Shown here in pieces: positions 13,245 to 24,672 of a stretch of DNA of 64,000 bases (positions within the stretch are counted from its first letter, which is position 1; every line of letters begins with the position of its first letter). The stretch is from positions 14,366,735 through 14,430,734 of the forward strand of contig NC_068997.1 in the NCBI RefSeq assembly GCF_001194135.2, read 5' to 3'. The notes below the pieces were generated by a model. It was not told the DNA's origin. It did no database searches and was given only the letters and a program-made list of their open reading frames with translations. The position numbers were made by a program, and so were the translations under genes. The DNA is from Octopus bimaculoides. Lineage: Eukaryota.

Positions 13245-13460
13245 TAGTGTCTGTGTTTGACCCCCACTACCACTTGACAACCGGTGTTGGTGTGTTTACG
13301 TTCCTGTAACTTAACAGTTTGCCTGAAGCGATCGATAGAATAAGTACTAGACATGGAAACACGTAAGTCCTGAGATAGATTTGTTTGACTAATAAAAGCC
13401 ATCAAGGTGGTGCTCCAGCATGGCCACAGTCTAATAACTGAAATGTGTAAAAGATAAGAG
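13245..13460 (+). mobile_element. Family B SINE, 3' half
   Basis: CTTGACAACCGGTGTTGGTGTGTTTACG..GATAGAATAAGTACTAG..GGTGCTCCAGCATGGCCACAGTC. Confidence 0.85.
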
Positions 13461-13584
13461 ATAAACGACACACACACACATACATGTATATATATATATA
13501 TATGTGTGTGAGTGTGTGTGTGTATATATCTATATACACACACATGTATGTACTAACAGTACCATTATCATTTGTTTCCTGTCT

Positions 13585-13775
13585 GCTATGGAAACATGCC
13601 TGGCCAGAGGATGTATTACTTTAATTGGAAACAGGGATGGGGGTTGGTGACAGGAAGAGCATCCTGACATAAAAAATCCACTTCAATGAATTTGGTCCGA
13701 CTCCGTGCTAGGATTAAGAAGTAGATGTTAAAGCAATAACGACGACGACGATGATGATGATGATGATGATGGTGA
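13585..13775 (+). mobile_element. Family C2 short retroelement with (GAC/GAT)n tail
   Basis: GGAAACAGG..GGTTGGTGACAGGAAGAGCATCC..GATGTTAAA then GAC/GAT tail. Confidence 0.65.
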
Positions 13776-13996
13776 TGGTGAACGTGTATTCAGTTTCAGT
13801 CAGTCTGTGCATTGAGAAAGAGACAGACAGTCAGTCAGTCAGTCAGTCAGAGATAGAGTGAACATGTGGGAGAGAGGGAGAGAGGTTGGTTGTGGTAGTT
13901 TGCATGACTATGTACTCTGTGTTGTGAACGCCTTACATGCATACGCACATGCATAGGCACATGCATACAGGCATACACATACAAACACACATAGAT

Positions 13997-14050
<54 letters not shown>

Positions 14051-14970
14051 NNNNNNNNNNNNNNNNNNNNNNNNNNNNNNNNNNNNNNNNNNNNNNNNNN
14101 NNNNNNNNNNNNNNNNNNNNNNNNNNNNNNNNNNNNNNNNNNNNNNNNNNNNNNNNNNNNNNNNNNNNNNNNNNNNNNNNNNNNNNNNNNNNNNNNNNNN
14201 NNNNNNNNNNNNNNNNNNNNNNNNNNNNNNNNNNNNNNNNNNNNNNNNNNNNNNNNNNNNNNNNNNNNNNNNNNNNNNNNNNNNNNNNNNNNNNNNNNNN
14301 NNNNNNNNNNNNNNNNNNNNNNNNNNNNNNNNNNNNNNNNNNNNNNNNATATATATACATGTACGAATGTGTAGTTGAGTATTTGATAAAGTTGTGTGTG
14401 TGTGCATGTGTGTGCGTGCATGTGTGTGTGCGTGCATGTGTGTGTGTGTGTGTGTATGCACATGCTTCATGTGTGTCAGGTGTGTGCCTGTTGCTTTATA
14501 CGTTACGCCTGCCACATAAGGCTGTTGCACATGTCACACAGAAGAAATTATTGCTGTCCCTTCTCAAATTAGCTTACTCGTTAGTGACTTAATTGAGAGA
14601 AGCATACAAAAGAAGACGGGGAGGAGAAGCAACAGAAAACGAGATAAATAAATATATAAACATATAAATAAAAACTTTATTAAATATTGCTGCTCTTTCA
14701 GACATTATTGCTGTCATCGTCATCATCATCGTCGTCGTCATCATCAGCATCACTAATATTATCAGCAGCATTAATGTGATTATTAAACAGCTGCAGCAGC
14801 AGCAGCAATACAATTATTAAACATTGACATCAACATATCTATCATCATCATCACCATCATCATCATCATCCATCTGATTAATAAACAATGACAATCAATA
14901 TATTTATCATCGTCGTCATCATCATCATCATTATTATCATCATGCTTATTAGCATTATTGTTGACAACAT

Positions 14971-15400
14971 TAAGGCAGCGAGCCAGCATAACTGTTAGCA
15001 CATTCCACAAAATGCCTAGGGTTCTGAGTTCAAATTCTGCCAGGGCTGACTTTGTCTTTTATCCTTTTGCAGGGGTCATCATCATCATCGTCGTTTAATG
15101 TCCGCTTTCCATGCTAGCATGGGTTGGACGATTTGACTGAGGACTGGTGAAACCAGATGGCTACACCAGGCTCCAATCTGATCTAGCAAGGTTTCTACAG
15201 CTGGATGCTCTTCCTAACACCAACCACTCAGAGAGTGTAGTGGGTGCTTTTACGTGCCACCCGCATGAATGCCAGTCAGGAGGTACTGGCAATGGCCACG
15301 CTCAAAATGGTGTATTTTACGTGCCACCTGCACAGGAGCCAGTTCAGTGGCACTGGCAACGGGGTCATTGTAATTGACTTATACCTTCCCCTAAAGTTGC
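14971..15400 (+). mobile_element. Family A SINE interrupted by a family C insertion
   Basis: A head and GTTCTGAGTTCAAATTCTGCC at 14971-15071; A resumes at 15361 (GGGGTCATTGTAATTGACTT). Confidence 0.7.
15080..15360 (-). mobile_element. 5'-truncated RTE LINE 3' end (family C) with 8-bp TSD
   Basis: (GAT)n tail on minus strand; about 90% similar by eye to 27358-27908; TSD GGGGTCAT at 15072-15079 and 15361-15368. Confidence 0.9.
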
Positions 15401-15714
15401 TGGGTTGCTATCTGGCACTGTACAACCCCCAGTCGTACATCCTCAAAAGAATGGATCGTTATAACGCCCACTCATTATCATAGTATAATTACTAGACATG
15501 ACGAACTACAGACATAATTAACAACACAGTCTAATATGCATTCTCCTGATACTGGCCGATGTCATCTTACTTATAGTGACTGGCATTAAGGAATGGCATC
15601 CAAGTGCTGAAGCCATGCCAGGGTAGACACTGGAGCATGACGCAGGTCTTTTGTCTCGTCAGATCCTAGCAAACTGAACAATTCATGTCAGTGTGGATCA
15701 TAGACATTAAACGA

Positions 15715-16115
15715 GGGTGATGATGATGATGATGTTAATGATGATGATGAGAACGATGACAACAATGACGACAATGACGATGATGATGAAGATGATGATG
15801 ATGGTAACGGTGATGATGCTGATGATGATGATGGTTGTGGTGGTGGTGGTGGTGGTGATGATGATAATGATGATGGGTGTGGTGGTGGTGGTGGTGGTGG
15901 TGATGATGATGATGATGATGGGTGTGGTGGTGGTGGTGGTGATGATGATGATAGTGATGATGATGAAGATGGTGATGGTGGTGATGATGGTGATGATGGC
16001 GATGATGACTATGATGATGAAGATGATGGTGATGGTGATGACAACGACGACGACGACGACGACGATGGTGATGATGACTACGCTGATGAAGATGAAGATG
16101 ATGGCGATGACGATA
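15715..16115. repeat. (GAT)n/(GGT)n/(GAC)n microsatellite field
   Basis: Direct reading. Confidence 0.95.
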
Positions 16116-16296
16116 TTGGATAGTTTAGTCCTAGATACACAATGTCTAAAGAAAACAACAAAAAAAAGAAATAAAAAACAAGATCACATGGGGTTTTCGT
16201 TAGAAATCATTTGCTCAGAGGTTTGCTTGATCAGAGATGATCTGGGATTAACCAGAAAATTAGAATCAGCATCGATGTTACTAACCCCCACCCTAC

Positions 16297-16560
16297 CTTC
16301 ACCAACAAGGACAAGAGGATTCCCCAACTCTGCTACTACTGCCGTTAAGACCGACACCGGTACCGTGACCTCTGGCAGAGCAGAGCGTTACCACTACGCC
16401 GACCTCACTGCCACCAACCACTGTCAACCGCTGAAATCAGACTGGTACAGATGAAATGACTCAACACAATGATGCAATCTCATTGGTTGATGAATTCAGG
16501 ACAGCTGCGCTCTGTCAATATTGAGTAAGGTGGAAAGAATCGCCGAGACACCATCGACTT
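16297..16560. promoter_or_regulatory. Unique CpG-rich island, candidate regulatory region or first exon
   Basis: About 12 CpGs in ~220 bp in CpG-poor context; TGACTCA 16457-16463, ATTGG (CCAAT on minus) 16482-16486, CAGCTG ~16502; minus-strand donor AAG|GTAGGG at 16297/16296. Confidence 0.3.
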
Positions 16561-16721
16561 TATTGATGAATGTAACAGCAGCTTTATATTGACTCTTTGT
16601 CTCTCTGTCTGCGTGTGTGTGTATGTGTGTGTGTGTGTCTGTGTGTGCTCCTATTTCAGCAATACACACAAATACACTTGAACTAATGTTTACAAATATA
16701 CGTTTTACATATATACACATT

Positions 16722-16778
<57 letters not shown>

Positions 16779-17244
16779 CATGTAATTAGACAGACAGACA
16801 CATACACGCACACACACACATATACGTATATATAGACATATATCATTCTTACCACGCAAACACAGAGTAGTGTCTACCTATGTGAGCGTATGTCAGTGTA
16901 TGAATGTGTGTATAAATGTACTTTGTAAATCAGTATGTAAGAGAGAGAGAGAGAGAGAGAAAGAGAGACAGAGAGTGGGAGAGAGGGAGTAAGAGAGAAA
17001 CTTATATATACTTCTATATATATATATACACACACAAAAATAAATATATGTACAGAAATGTGAGTTCGTTTTACAATTAGACATACATATCATGTACATC
17101 CATACATACATACACACACATTCATGAACACACACACACACAAAAACGTTGAGGTTTACCTAGGTGTATGGATGCTTTTCACACACATAAATGCATATAT
17201 ACACCTGTCTGTTTTCATGTGTGTGTGTGTGTGTGTGACACACA

Positions 17245-17286
<42 letters not shown>

Positions 17287-17647
17287 TATATACACATAGT
17301 ATGTGCATGAGTGATTGATCAGTGCTTCGGTTTCAGCTCAGTTGAATGGACAGCAGCCTACTTTCCATGATCAACATCGATTGATTGATAAGAATAAGCT
17401 AAGTTCCTATGATTCAATGCTCATGTTTGCTGGAGCTAAAGTTTGCAGCCAAAGGTGCTGAGAAAAGCTGTATACTTTATGTTTGCTAACCAACACACTT
17501 GTGTTTTCTGTCATCATGTGAAATTGGGTTAAATCATGTTCATTCATGTTTAATCGTACTGAAAGATAATTAACCAGGTCAGAAGTCATCTTTTGATAAT
17601 TTTTCTATCAACATTATTATTATTATCAACATTATTATCATCATCAC

Positions 17648-17699
<52 letters not shown>

Positions 17700-17947
17700 G
17701 TAGCAACAGATTGACAACATCCTTAAAGCATCAGGAAAAAAAATGTTTCTTAGTGGATCTTTACACTCTGAGTTCAAATCTGGTTGAAGTAAGCATTGTC
17801 TGTCATTCTGCTGGGAGTCAATAAAAATGATGTAGTTAACAGAGGAGATGAATAGGGTTTAATTAATTGGTACTGATTTCCTGGCCTTGTGTCTATGTCA
17901 GGAACAATAAATTTTATTATTGTTGTTATTTTTTTTTCTTTTAAATT

Positions 17948-18035
17948 AAGGCGGTGAGCTGGCAGAATCATTAGCATGCCAGGCTAAATGCTTAGTGGTA
18001 TTTCGTCAGTCTTCGTTTCTGAGTTCAAATTCTGC
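17948..18035 (+). mobile_element. Family A SINE 5' part (a more degenerate A body lies at 17765-17890)
   Basis: AGGCGGTGAGCTGGCAGAATCATTAGCA..CTGAGTTCAAATTCTGC. Confidence 0.85.
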
Positions 18036-18156
18036 TAATGTCATTGTTATGTATCATTGGTCATGTTGCTATGTATTGGTAGTGAAATCGCCCCGAATTG
18101 CTAGCAACATTGCCATCTGTTGCTTGTGAAAGTACTAAAATGCTGGTAGTGTCATA

Positions 18157-18540
18157 GGAGGCGCAATGGCCCAGGGGTTAGGGCAGTGGACTTGCGGTCA
18201 TAGGATTGCGGTTTCGATTCCCAGATCGGACGTTGTGAGTGTTTATTGAGCGAAAACACCTAAAAGCTCCATGAAGCTCTGGCAGGGGATGGTAGTAAAC
18301 CCTGCTGTACTCTTTCACCACAACTTTCTCTCACTCTTACTTCCTGTTTCTGCTGTGCCTGGAATTCAAAGGGTCAGCCTTGTCACACTGTGTCATGCTG
18401 AATATCCCTGAGAACTACGTTAAGGGTACACGTGTCTGTGGAGTGCTCAGCCACTTTGCACGTTAATTTCACGAGCAGGCTGTTCCATTGATCGGATCAA
18501 CTGGAACCCTCGACGTCGTAAGCGACGGAGTGCTAACACG
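18157..18540 (+). mobile_element. Full-length tRNA-derived SINE (family D) with 9-bp TSD
   Basis: Head GGAGGCGCAATGGCCCAGGGGTTAGG..GGTTTCGATTCCC (A and B boxes); TSD TAGTGTCAT at 18147-18155 and 18542-18550. Confidence 0.9.
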
Positions 18541-19069
18541 ATAGTGTCATTGCTATATGTTGCTAGTGACACTATTATGTGTTGCTCATGATCTGGTTAC
18601 ATGTTGCAAGTAATGCCATTAGCAACGCAGGGTAATGTCACTACNNNNNNNNNNNNNNNNNNNNNNNNNNNNNNNNNNNNNNNNNNNNNNNNNNNNNNNN
18701 NNNNNNNNNNNNNNNNNNNNNNNNNNNNNNNNNNNNNNNNNNNNNNNNNNNNNNNNNNNNNNNNNNNNNNNNNNNNNNNNNNNNNNNNNNNNNNNNNNNN
18801 NNNNNNNNNNNNNNNNNNNNNNNNNNNNNNNNNNNNNNNNNNNNNNNNNNNNNNNNNNNNNNNNNNNNNNNNNNNNNNNNNNNNNNNNNNNNNNNNNNNN
18901 NNNNNNNNNNNNNNNNNNNNNNNNNNNNNNNNNNNNNNNNNNNNNNNNNNNNNNNNNNNNNNNNNNNNNNNNNNNNNNNNNNNNNNNNNNNNNNNNNNNN
19001 NNNNNNNNNNNNNNNNNNNNNNNNNNNNNNNNNNNNNNNNNNNNNNNNNNNNNNNNNNNNNNNNNNNNN

Positions 19070-19450
19070 CAATGTGAACTAGCAACTAATGGCAATGACA
19101 CTAGCAACATTTTAGCAATGTGAACTAGAAACTTATGGCAATGACACTAGCAACATTTTAGCAATGTGAACTAGAAACTTATGGCAATGGCACTAGCAAC
19201 ATTTTAGCAATGTGTACTAGCAACTTATGGCAATGACACTAGCAACATTTTAGCAATGTGAACTAGCAACTTATGGCAATGACACTAGCAACATTTTAGC
19301 AACGTGAACTAGCAACTTATGGCAATGACACTAGCAACATTTTAGCAATGTGAACTAGCAACTTATGGCAATGACACTAGCAACATTTTAGCAATGTCAC
19401 AGGCAACACATGGCAATGTCATTAGCAAGACAGGGCAATGTGACTACCAA
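19070..19450. repeat. 46-bp minisatellite (dimer of two 23-mers), about 7 near-identical copies plus degenerate edge
   Basis: GCAA(T/C)GT starts at 19115, 19161, 19207, 19253, 19299, 19345, 19391; halves GCAATGTGAACTAGCAACTTATG and GCAATGACACTAGCAACATTTTA. Confidence 0.97.
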
Positions 19451-19454
19451 CACA

Positions 19455-19640
19455 TAGGCCAGCAATTTGAGAAGAGGAGCAAGTCAATTATATTGACCCC
19501 AGTCTTGGACTGATACTTTCATTCTTTGAAAGGATGAAAGACAAAGTTCACCACAGCAGGATTTTAACTCAGAATGTAAAGGGCTAGGAAAAAAAAAATG
19601 TCCCTATGCATTTTGTCGAAACACACTAAAAATTCTACCT
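19455..19640 (-). mobile_element. Family A SINE copy
   Basis: TATATTGACCCCAGT..AAAGGATGAAAGACAAAGTT..TTTTAACTCAGAATGTAA. Confidence 0.7.
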
Positions 19641-20178
19641 GCTTGCCATTGTCACTATCATTTAATGTCCACTTTTTCAAGCTTGCAAAGGTCTAGAAGA
19701 ATTTTTTGAGACAAATTTTCTATGACTGGATGCCCTTCCAGTTGCTAACCCTACCTGTTTACAAACAAAGTAATATTTCCCCATGGCTACTCAAAATCAC
19801 CTCTATGATGGTGAAGCTTGTTTTAAAATCAATGCATGAAGTCAAAACAAGGCTTCACATAAATACATATACACTCAAGTATATACAACAGGTTTCTTTC
19901 AGTTTCCATCTACCTGCTTGCCATTGTCACCATCATTTAATGTCCACTTTTTCAAGCTTGCCATAGGTCAGGAAGAATTTTTTGAGGCAAATTTTCTATG
20001 GCTGGATGCCCTTCCTGTTGCTAACACTCACCTGTTTCCAAGCAAGGTAATATTTCCCAATGGCTACACAAAATCACCTCTATGATGGTGAAGCTTGTTT
20101 TACAATCAACACATGAGGTCAAAACAAGGCTACACACGAACATACACTCAGGTATATGCAACAGGTTTATTTCATCTA
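19634..20178. repeat. 275-bp tandem duplication of a composite A/C2/B segment
   Basis: TCTACCTGCTTGCCATTGTCAC at 19634 and 19909; copies about 85-90% identical by eye. Confidence 0.92.
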
Positions 20179-20565
20179 CGAAATCCACTCACGAGGCTTT
20201 GATTGCCCAAGATACTGCACAGTGAGATTGAACCCTCGCCCACATGGCTGGGAGGCACCTAATGACTACTGAAAAGTATTTATTGTTAGACAGCACTCTT
20301 GGATATTGGGGACACTCTGTACAAAAAACCAGGTTCCAAAACTGTGCTACGTCTAAATGGAAAAAATAACCATACCATCATACATCTACAAGATAAAGAG
20401 AAAATAATTAAAACAAACCTCATACTCAAAGACAGAACTCAAAGTTCCACATTGCCAAAAGACAATGCTGCACATAGCTGAAGAATGTGGAGGTGCACCT
20501 GATTGTGCAGTAGAAACTTGCATGAAACCACTGAGAACATAATAACAACAACAATAATAATAGTA

Positions 20566-20625
<60 letters not shown>

Positions 20626-21136
20626 GCAATAATGATAGTAATAATACTCAAGAAGATAAAGAAGCAACAATTGTCAGTCTCCTTGCTGTTAAAAACATCA
20701 AAGTTAATGATTTTTCTGTTCTATTGTTTACTGCTATTGTTTATATACACATGTGTAAGTGCCATGTGTAGATGTGTGCACGTGCGTGTACGTGCATCGA
20801 TGCAAGTAAGTATCTATGCATGCATGTAAGTAAGAGTAAGTTGTTCTTTTAAATGCATGTCTGAGAAAATTTAACGAAACAAGAGATTAGTCAGAAGGAT
20901 GGGGGAAGTGTGAGGCGTGGAGCGGTGGATGGGGAGGAGTAAAGGGAAGAGTTGAACTGAAAGATAGAAAAGTTTAGACTACGACTACCTCCCACCACTC
21001 GAACAACAACAACAACAAATGGGATAAAACAAAATAAAGGAAAAAACAACAAATTAACAATAAAATGGAAAAAGGGAAAATGAAAAAATTTTAAAATGAT
21101 GTAAATAAAAATACAGAATCGCCACCACCATCCCCA

Positions 21137-21180
<44 letters not shown>

Positions 21181-22019
21181 GTCATGATCATCATTACCTT
21201 TATTACTGTTATCATTCTCATCATTGAAAACAACAACAACAACAACAACGACATCAGGTAAAATAAAAAAGCATAATGAAACAGCAGGGATGTCGAAGCA
21301 AACAAGAAAAAAAATAAACAACAAAAAAGATATTGTTTAAAAGAATTAATTGATGGCAAACAAAATAAACAAAACAGATAATTAAAAACAGAAAGTAGAA
21401 TAGTATAATTAATTTTTTTTGTTTGTTGGTTAATCTTAAATAAATAAGTTGCTGCTGCTGCCATTGTTGTTGTTGTTGTTGTTGTAGGTGTTGTTGTTCG
21501 ACATTGTTTATTTTGAAAAGAGAGTAATGTAGATTTGTTGTTTGTATATTTGTTATTGTGGTCTTTAATTAATTGTCTGCCATTGGCTGCTTGTTGTCTT
21601 CATCGTCGTCTTGCTATTTTTAATGTTGACGAGGATAAGTCTCGCCTTGTCTTAGTTTCATTTGTGTTCCGTCTCCTTCTTTCATCTTTGTTTTTCACTA
21701 AAAGTTTGTATGATGACACCATTTCATCATTTGTGTTCACTGCAGAAAGTCTTTAGGGTGTTTATTTTTTTGTTTTTGCTGTTGTTGTTGTTTTAAATAT
21801 TTTTCAGGTTTTCTTTATTATTTTTGTGCAACTGTTTTCCATTGAATTTTTCTTATATTTTGTCCTTATTTTCCTTTTTGTCTGTATTAAACAGGATTCT
21901 TTTCTGTCTTTTTTTTTTTTTGTTTGCAAAATCTTTATCCTAACTTTAAGATTGCATGCAACTATGTGAGTCTGCCTGAGCATGTGAGCGTGTGTATTTG
22001 CGTGTGTGCATGTGTGTGC

Positions 22020-22055
<36 letters not shown>

Positions 22056-22594
22056 ATGTGTCTATGAATCCTCATCATCATCACCATCATCATCGTTTCA
22101 TAAAGGGCTTCTCCTGCTGTCAGGGTCGGACAATTCTCTTATGACATTTCACACCATTTGGTCTTTCATAATCTGACTTGTACACACAGCAACACAGAAT
22201 ATTAACCCCTTCCTTTTCTTCCACAAGACAGGTCATTTCCAACAAAAGCTAAACAGACCTCACTATACAGTGCAACATCCATTTATTCCTTCTTTTATTC
22301 AACACAATATCCATAGTTATAAGCCCTTCCTATCGCTAAACACTCTATAGCAAGGACTGAGTACATTTTTATTGGGCCAAAGGCTCTAAACAGCTTGTTT
22401 CCAACAATTTTAAAGAATTCTCTTTGGGTTGCCCACCTGTTATACACCTGGGCAGGTACATATTAACGTCCGTGTCTGTCTGTTTCTCTTTCGCTTTGTA
22501 TGTGTATGAGTACATAAATGATGGTGGAGGTGGATTGCACTTGCTGTTGTTGCCTTATCAGTATTCCTAAGATCAATAGGGAATGTCCTTGAGG

Positions 22595-23004
22595 CAAGAC
22601 TGGATTAAGAACCATGGAGGCCCTAAGCACTTAAAAAGGTATTGGTGCCCTTAAGTATATGTAGATGGTTCAAAATATAAATAAAAATAATTCAAAATGT
22701 AAACGATGACAAACCATAAAGTAAATGTTTATTTTTCAAAATGACAAAACTAACAGTAAGATGGAAAATAATGTTATTTTTTTTTTTGTATGCTTCCGCT
22801 TAATTTATATTTGAAAAGTTTTCTTGTTTTTTTTTTTTTTTAAATTAATTTTACGTAAAACTTCTGGCATTACGAATGTTATTTTAGCAAGTTTAAAGTG
22901 ATTTCTTTTGTGCTGTAAACCATTTACCATTTCTGTGGTGCCCCCTCCTTCCCTTGATGCTCTACGTATGTGCTTATTCTGCTTAATGGCTTAATCCAGC
23001 ACTG
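22595..23004. mobile_element. hAT-like non-autonomous DNA transposon (MITE)
   Basis: Imperfect TIRs CAAGACTGGATTAAG / CTTAATCCAGCACTG (12/15 match); 8-bp TSD CCTTGAGG (22587-22594) / CCTCGAGG (23005-23012); 8-bp TSDs are characteristic of hAT. Confidence 0.8.
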
Positions 23005-23393
23005 CCTCGAGGGTGTGAGTATTCATAAGATGAGTAGCAAATGTCTCTGAAGTGAATAGTGAATGTCCACGAGGTGGAAAGTGAGTATCCTTGACATGAG
23101 TTGAGTATCTCCCTGAGTTAAGTAACAAATTTCCTTCTGCAAATGGAGCACTGAGTGTCCACAGATTGTGTCATGAATATCTATAGAGTGAATATTGTCC
23201 TCTTACACAACAGTAAGTCTCCACAGAGTACTAGATGTCTAAGTAACGAGTGCTCTCAGAGTAAATAGGAGTATCTGTAAAGTGAGGAGTGAGTGGTCAT
23301 AAACTGAGTACTAAATTGACTAAGAGTGGTGACAAAAGAAAGATGCCTGATCAGGCATGTGCAAATTATTTCTCTCCAGGAATGGTGAGTTAC

Positions 23394-24139
23394 TAGACCT
23401 GGAAGAAATAGCAGTTAAATGCAGTTAAACCTCCTTTAAACTACACCCAATCTGAGCTAATAACTGAGTCTCTATTAGTTACGAGATCTGCTAGTAATAA
23501 CAGTTAAATCTCCCTCAACCCAACCCAAGCTAATAACAGAATTTCTCATGGATTCTAGACCTGCTGGAAATAACAGTTAAATGCAGTTAAATCTCTCTCA
23601 ATTGCTACCCAACCTAACCTAATGATCGAGTCTCTAATAGTAACTAGACCTGCTAGTAATAACAGTTAAATCTCCCTCAACCCAACCCAAGCTAATAATA
23701 GAATTTCTCATGGATTCTAGACCTGCTGGAAATAACAGTTAAATGCAGTTAAATCTCTCTCAATTGCTACCCAACCTAACCTAATCAACGAGTCTCTAAT
23801 AGTAACTAGACCTGCTAGTAATAACAGTTAAATCTCCCTCAACCCAACCCAAGCTAATAACAGAATTTTTCATGGATTCTAGACCTGCTGGAAATAACAG
23901 TTAAATGCAGTTAAATTTCTCTCAATTGCTACCCAACCTAACCTAATGATCGAGTCTCTAATAGTAACTAGACCTGCTAGTAATAACAGTTAAATCTCCC
24001 TCAACCCAACCCAAGCTAATAACAGAATTTCTCATGGGTTCTAGACCTGCTGGAAATAACAGTTAAATGCAGTTAGATTTCTCTCAATTGTTACCCAACC
24101 TAACCTAATGAATGGGTCTCTAATAGTAACTAGACCTGA
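23394..24139. repeat. 162-bp tandem array, about 4.6 copies, built from 89+73-bp related halves derived from family E
   Basis: TAGACCTG unit starts at 23394, 23556, 23718, 23880, 24042; inner copies nearly identical. Confidence 0.97.
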
Positions 24140-24257
24140 TCAAAATAATTGTTTTTGCAGTTAAAACTCCATCAAATATTATCAACCTGAGCCAATAATG
24201 GCATTTCTTATTATCAGACATGATAGAAGTATTACTTAAATATGGTTCAATCTCCTT

Positions 24258-24448
24258 CAAACCACAGGGGGAGAGGACAGTCAGTTACATCGGCCCCAGT
24301 GCTCCACTGGTACTTATTTTAGTGACCCCAGAAGGACGAAAGGCAAAGTCAACCTCAGTGGAATTTGAACTCAGAACACAAAGATGGATGAAATATCGCT
24401 TATCATTTTGTATGTCAAGCTAATGTTTCTGTCAGCTTGCCACCTTAA
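24258..24448 (-). mobile_element. Family A SINE copy
   Basis: CCCCAGTGCTCCACTGGTACTTATTT..GAAAGGCAAAGTCAACCTC..GAATTTGAACTCAGAAC..GCCACCTTAA. Confidence 0.85.
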
Positions 24449-24592
24449 TTACAAATAATGATAATTATTATCATTAAATAACCCTTGAGACTAATAACAA
24501 AAAATCATTGTTGTTGTTATTATTATTATAATTATTATTATTATCATTATCAGTATTTTTATTATTATTATTATTATTAATATTGTTATTAA

Positions 24593-24672
<80 letters not shown>

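Noticed and set aside
15717-16454. 245-aa ORF
   Set aside because: First ~130 codons are (GAT/GGT)n; the remainder has no recognisable homology and crosses an A-rich non-coding stretch
18157-18230. tRNA gene calls for SINE heads (also 35144, 35278, 6280-6350 and B heads)
   Set aside because: No complete cloverleaf or acceptor stem; each continues into a repeated SINE body
21600-21746. Minus-strand open frame VNTNDEMVSSYKLLVKNKDERRRR...ARRR*
   Set aside because: Acceptor lacks a pyrimidine tract; openness is explained by A/G-rich low complexity
19070-24139. 46-bp and 162-bp arrays as CRISPR-like loci
   Set aside because: Units are contiguous with no unique spacers, there are no cas genes, and the context is eukaryotic
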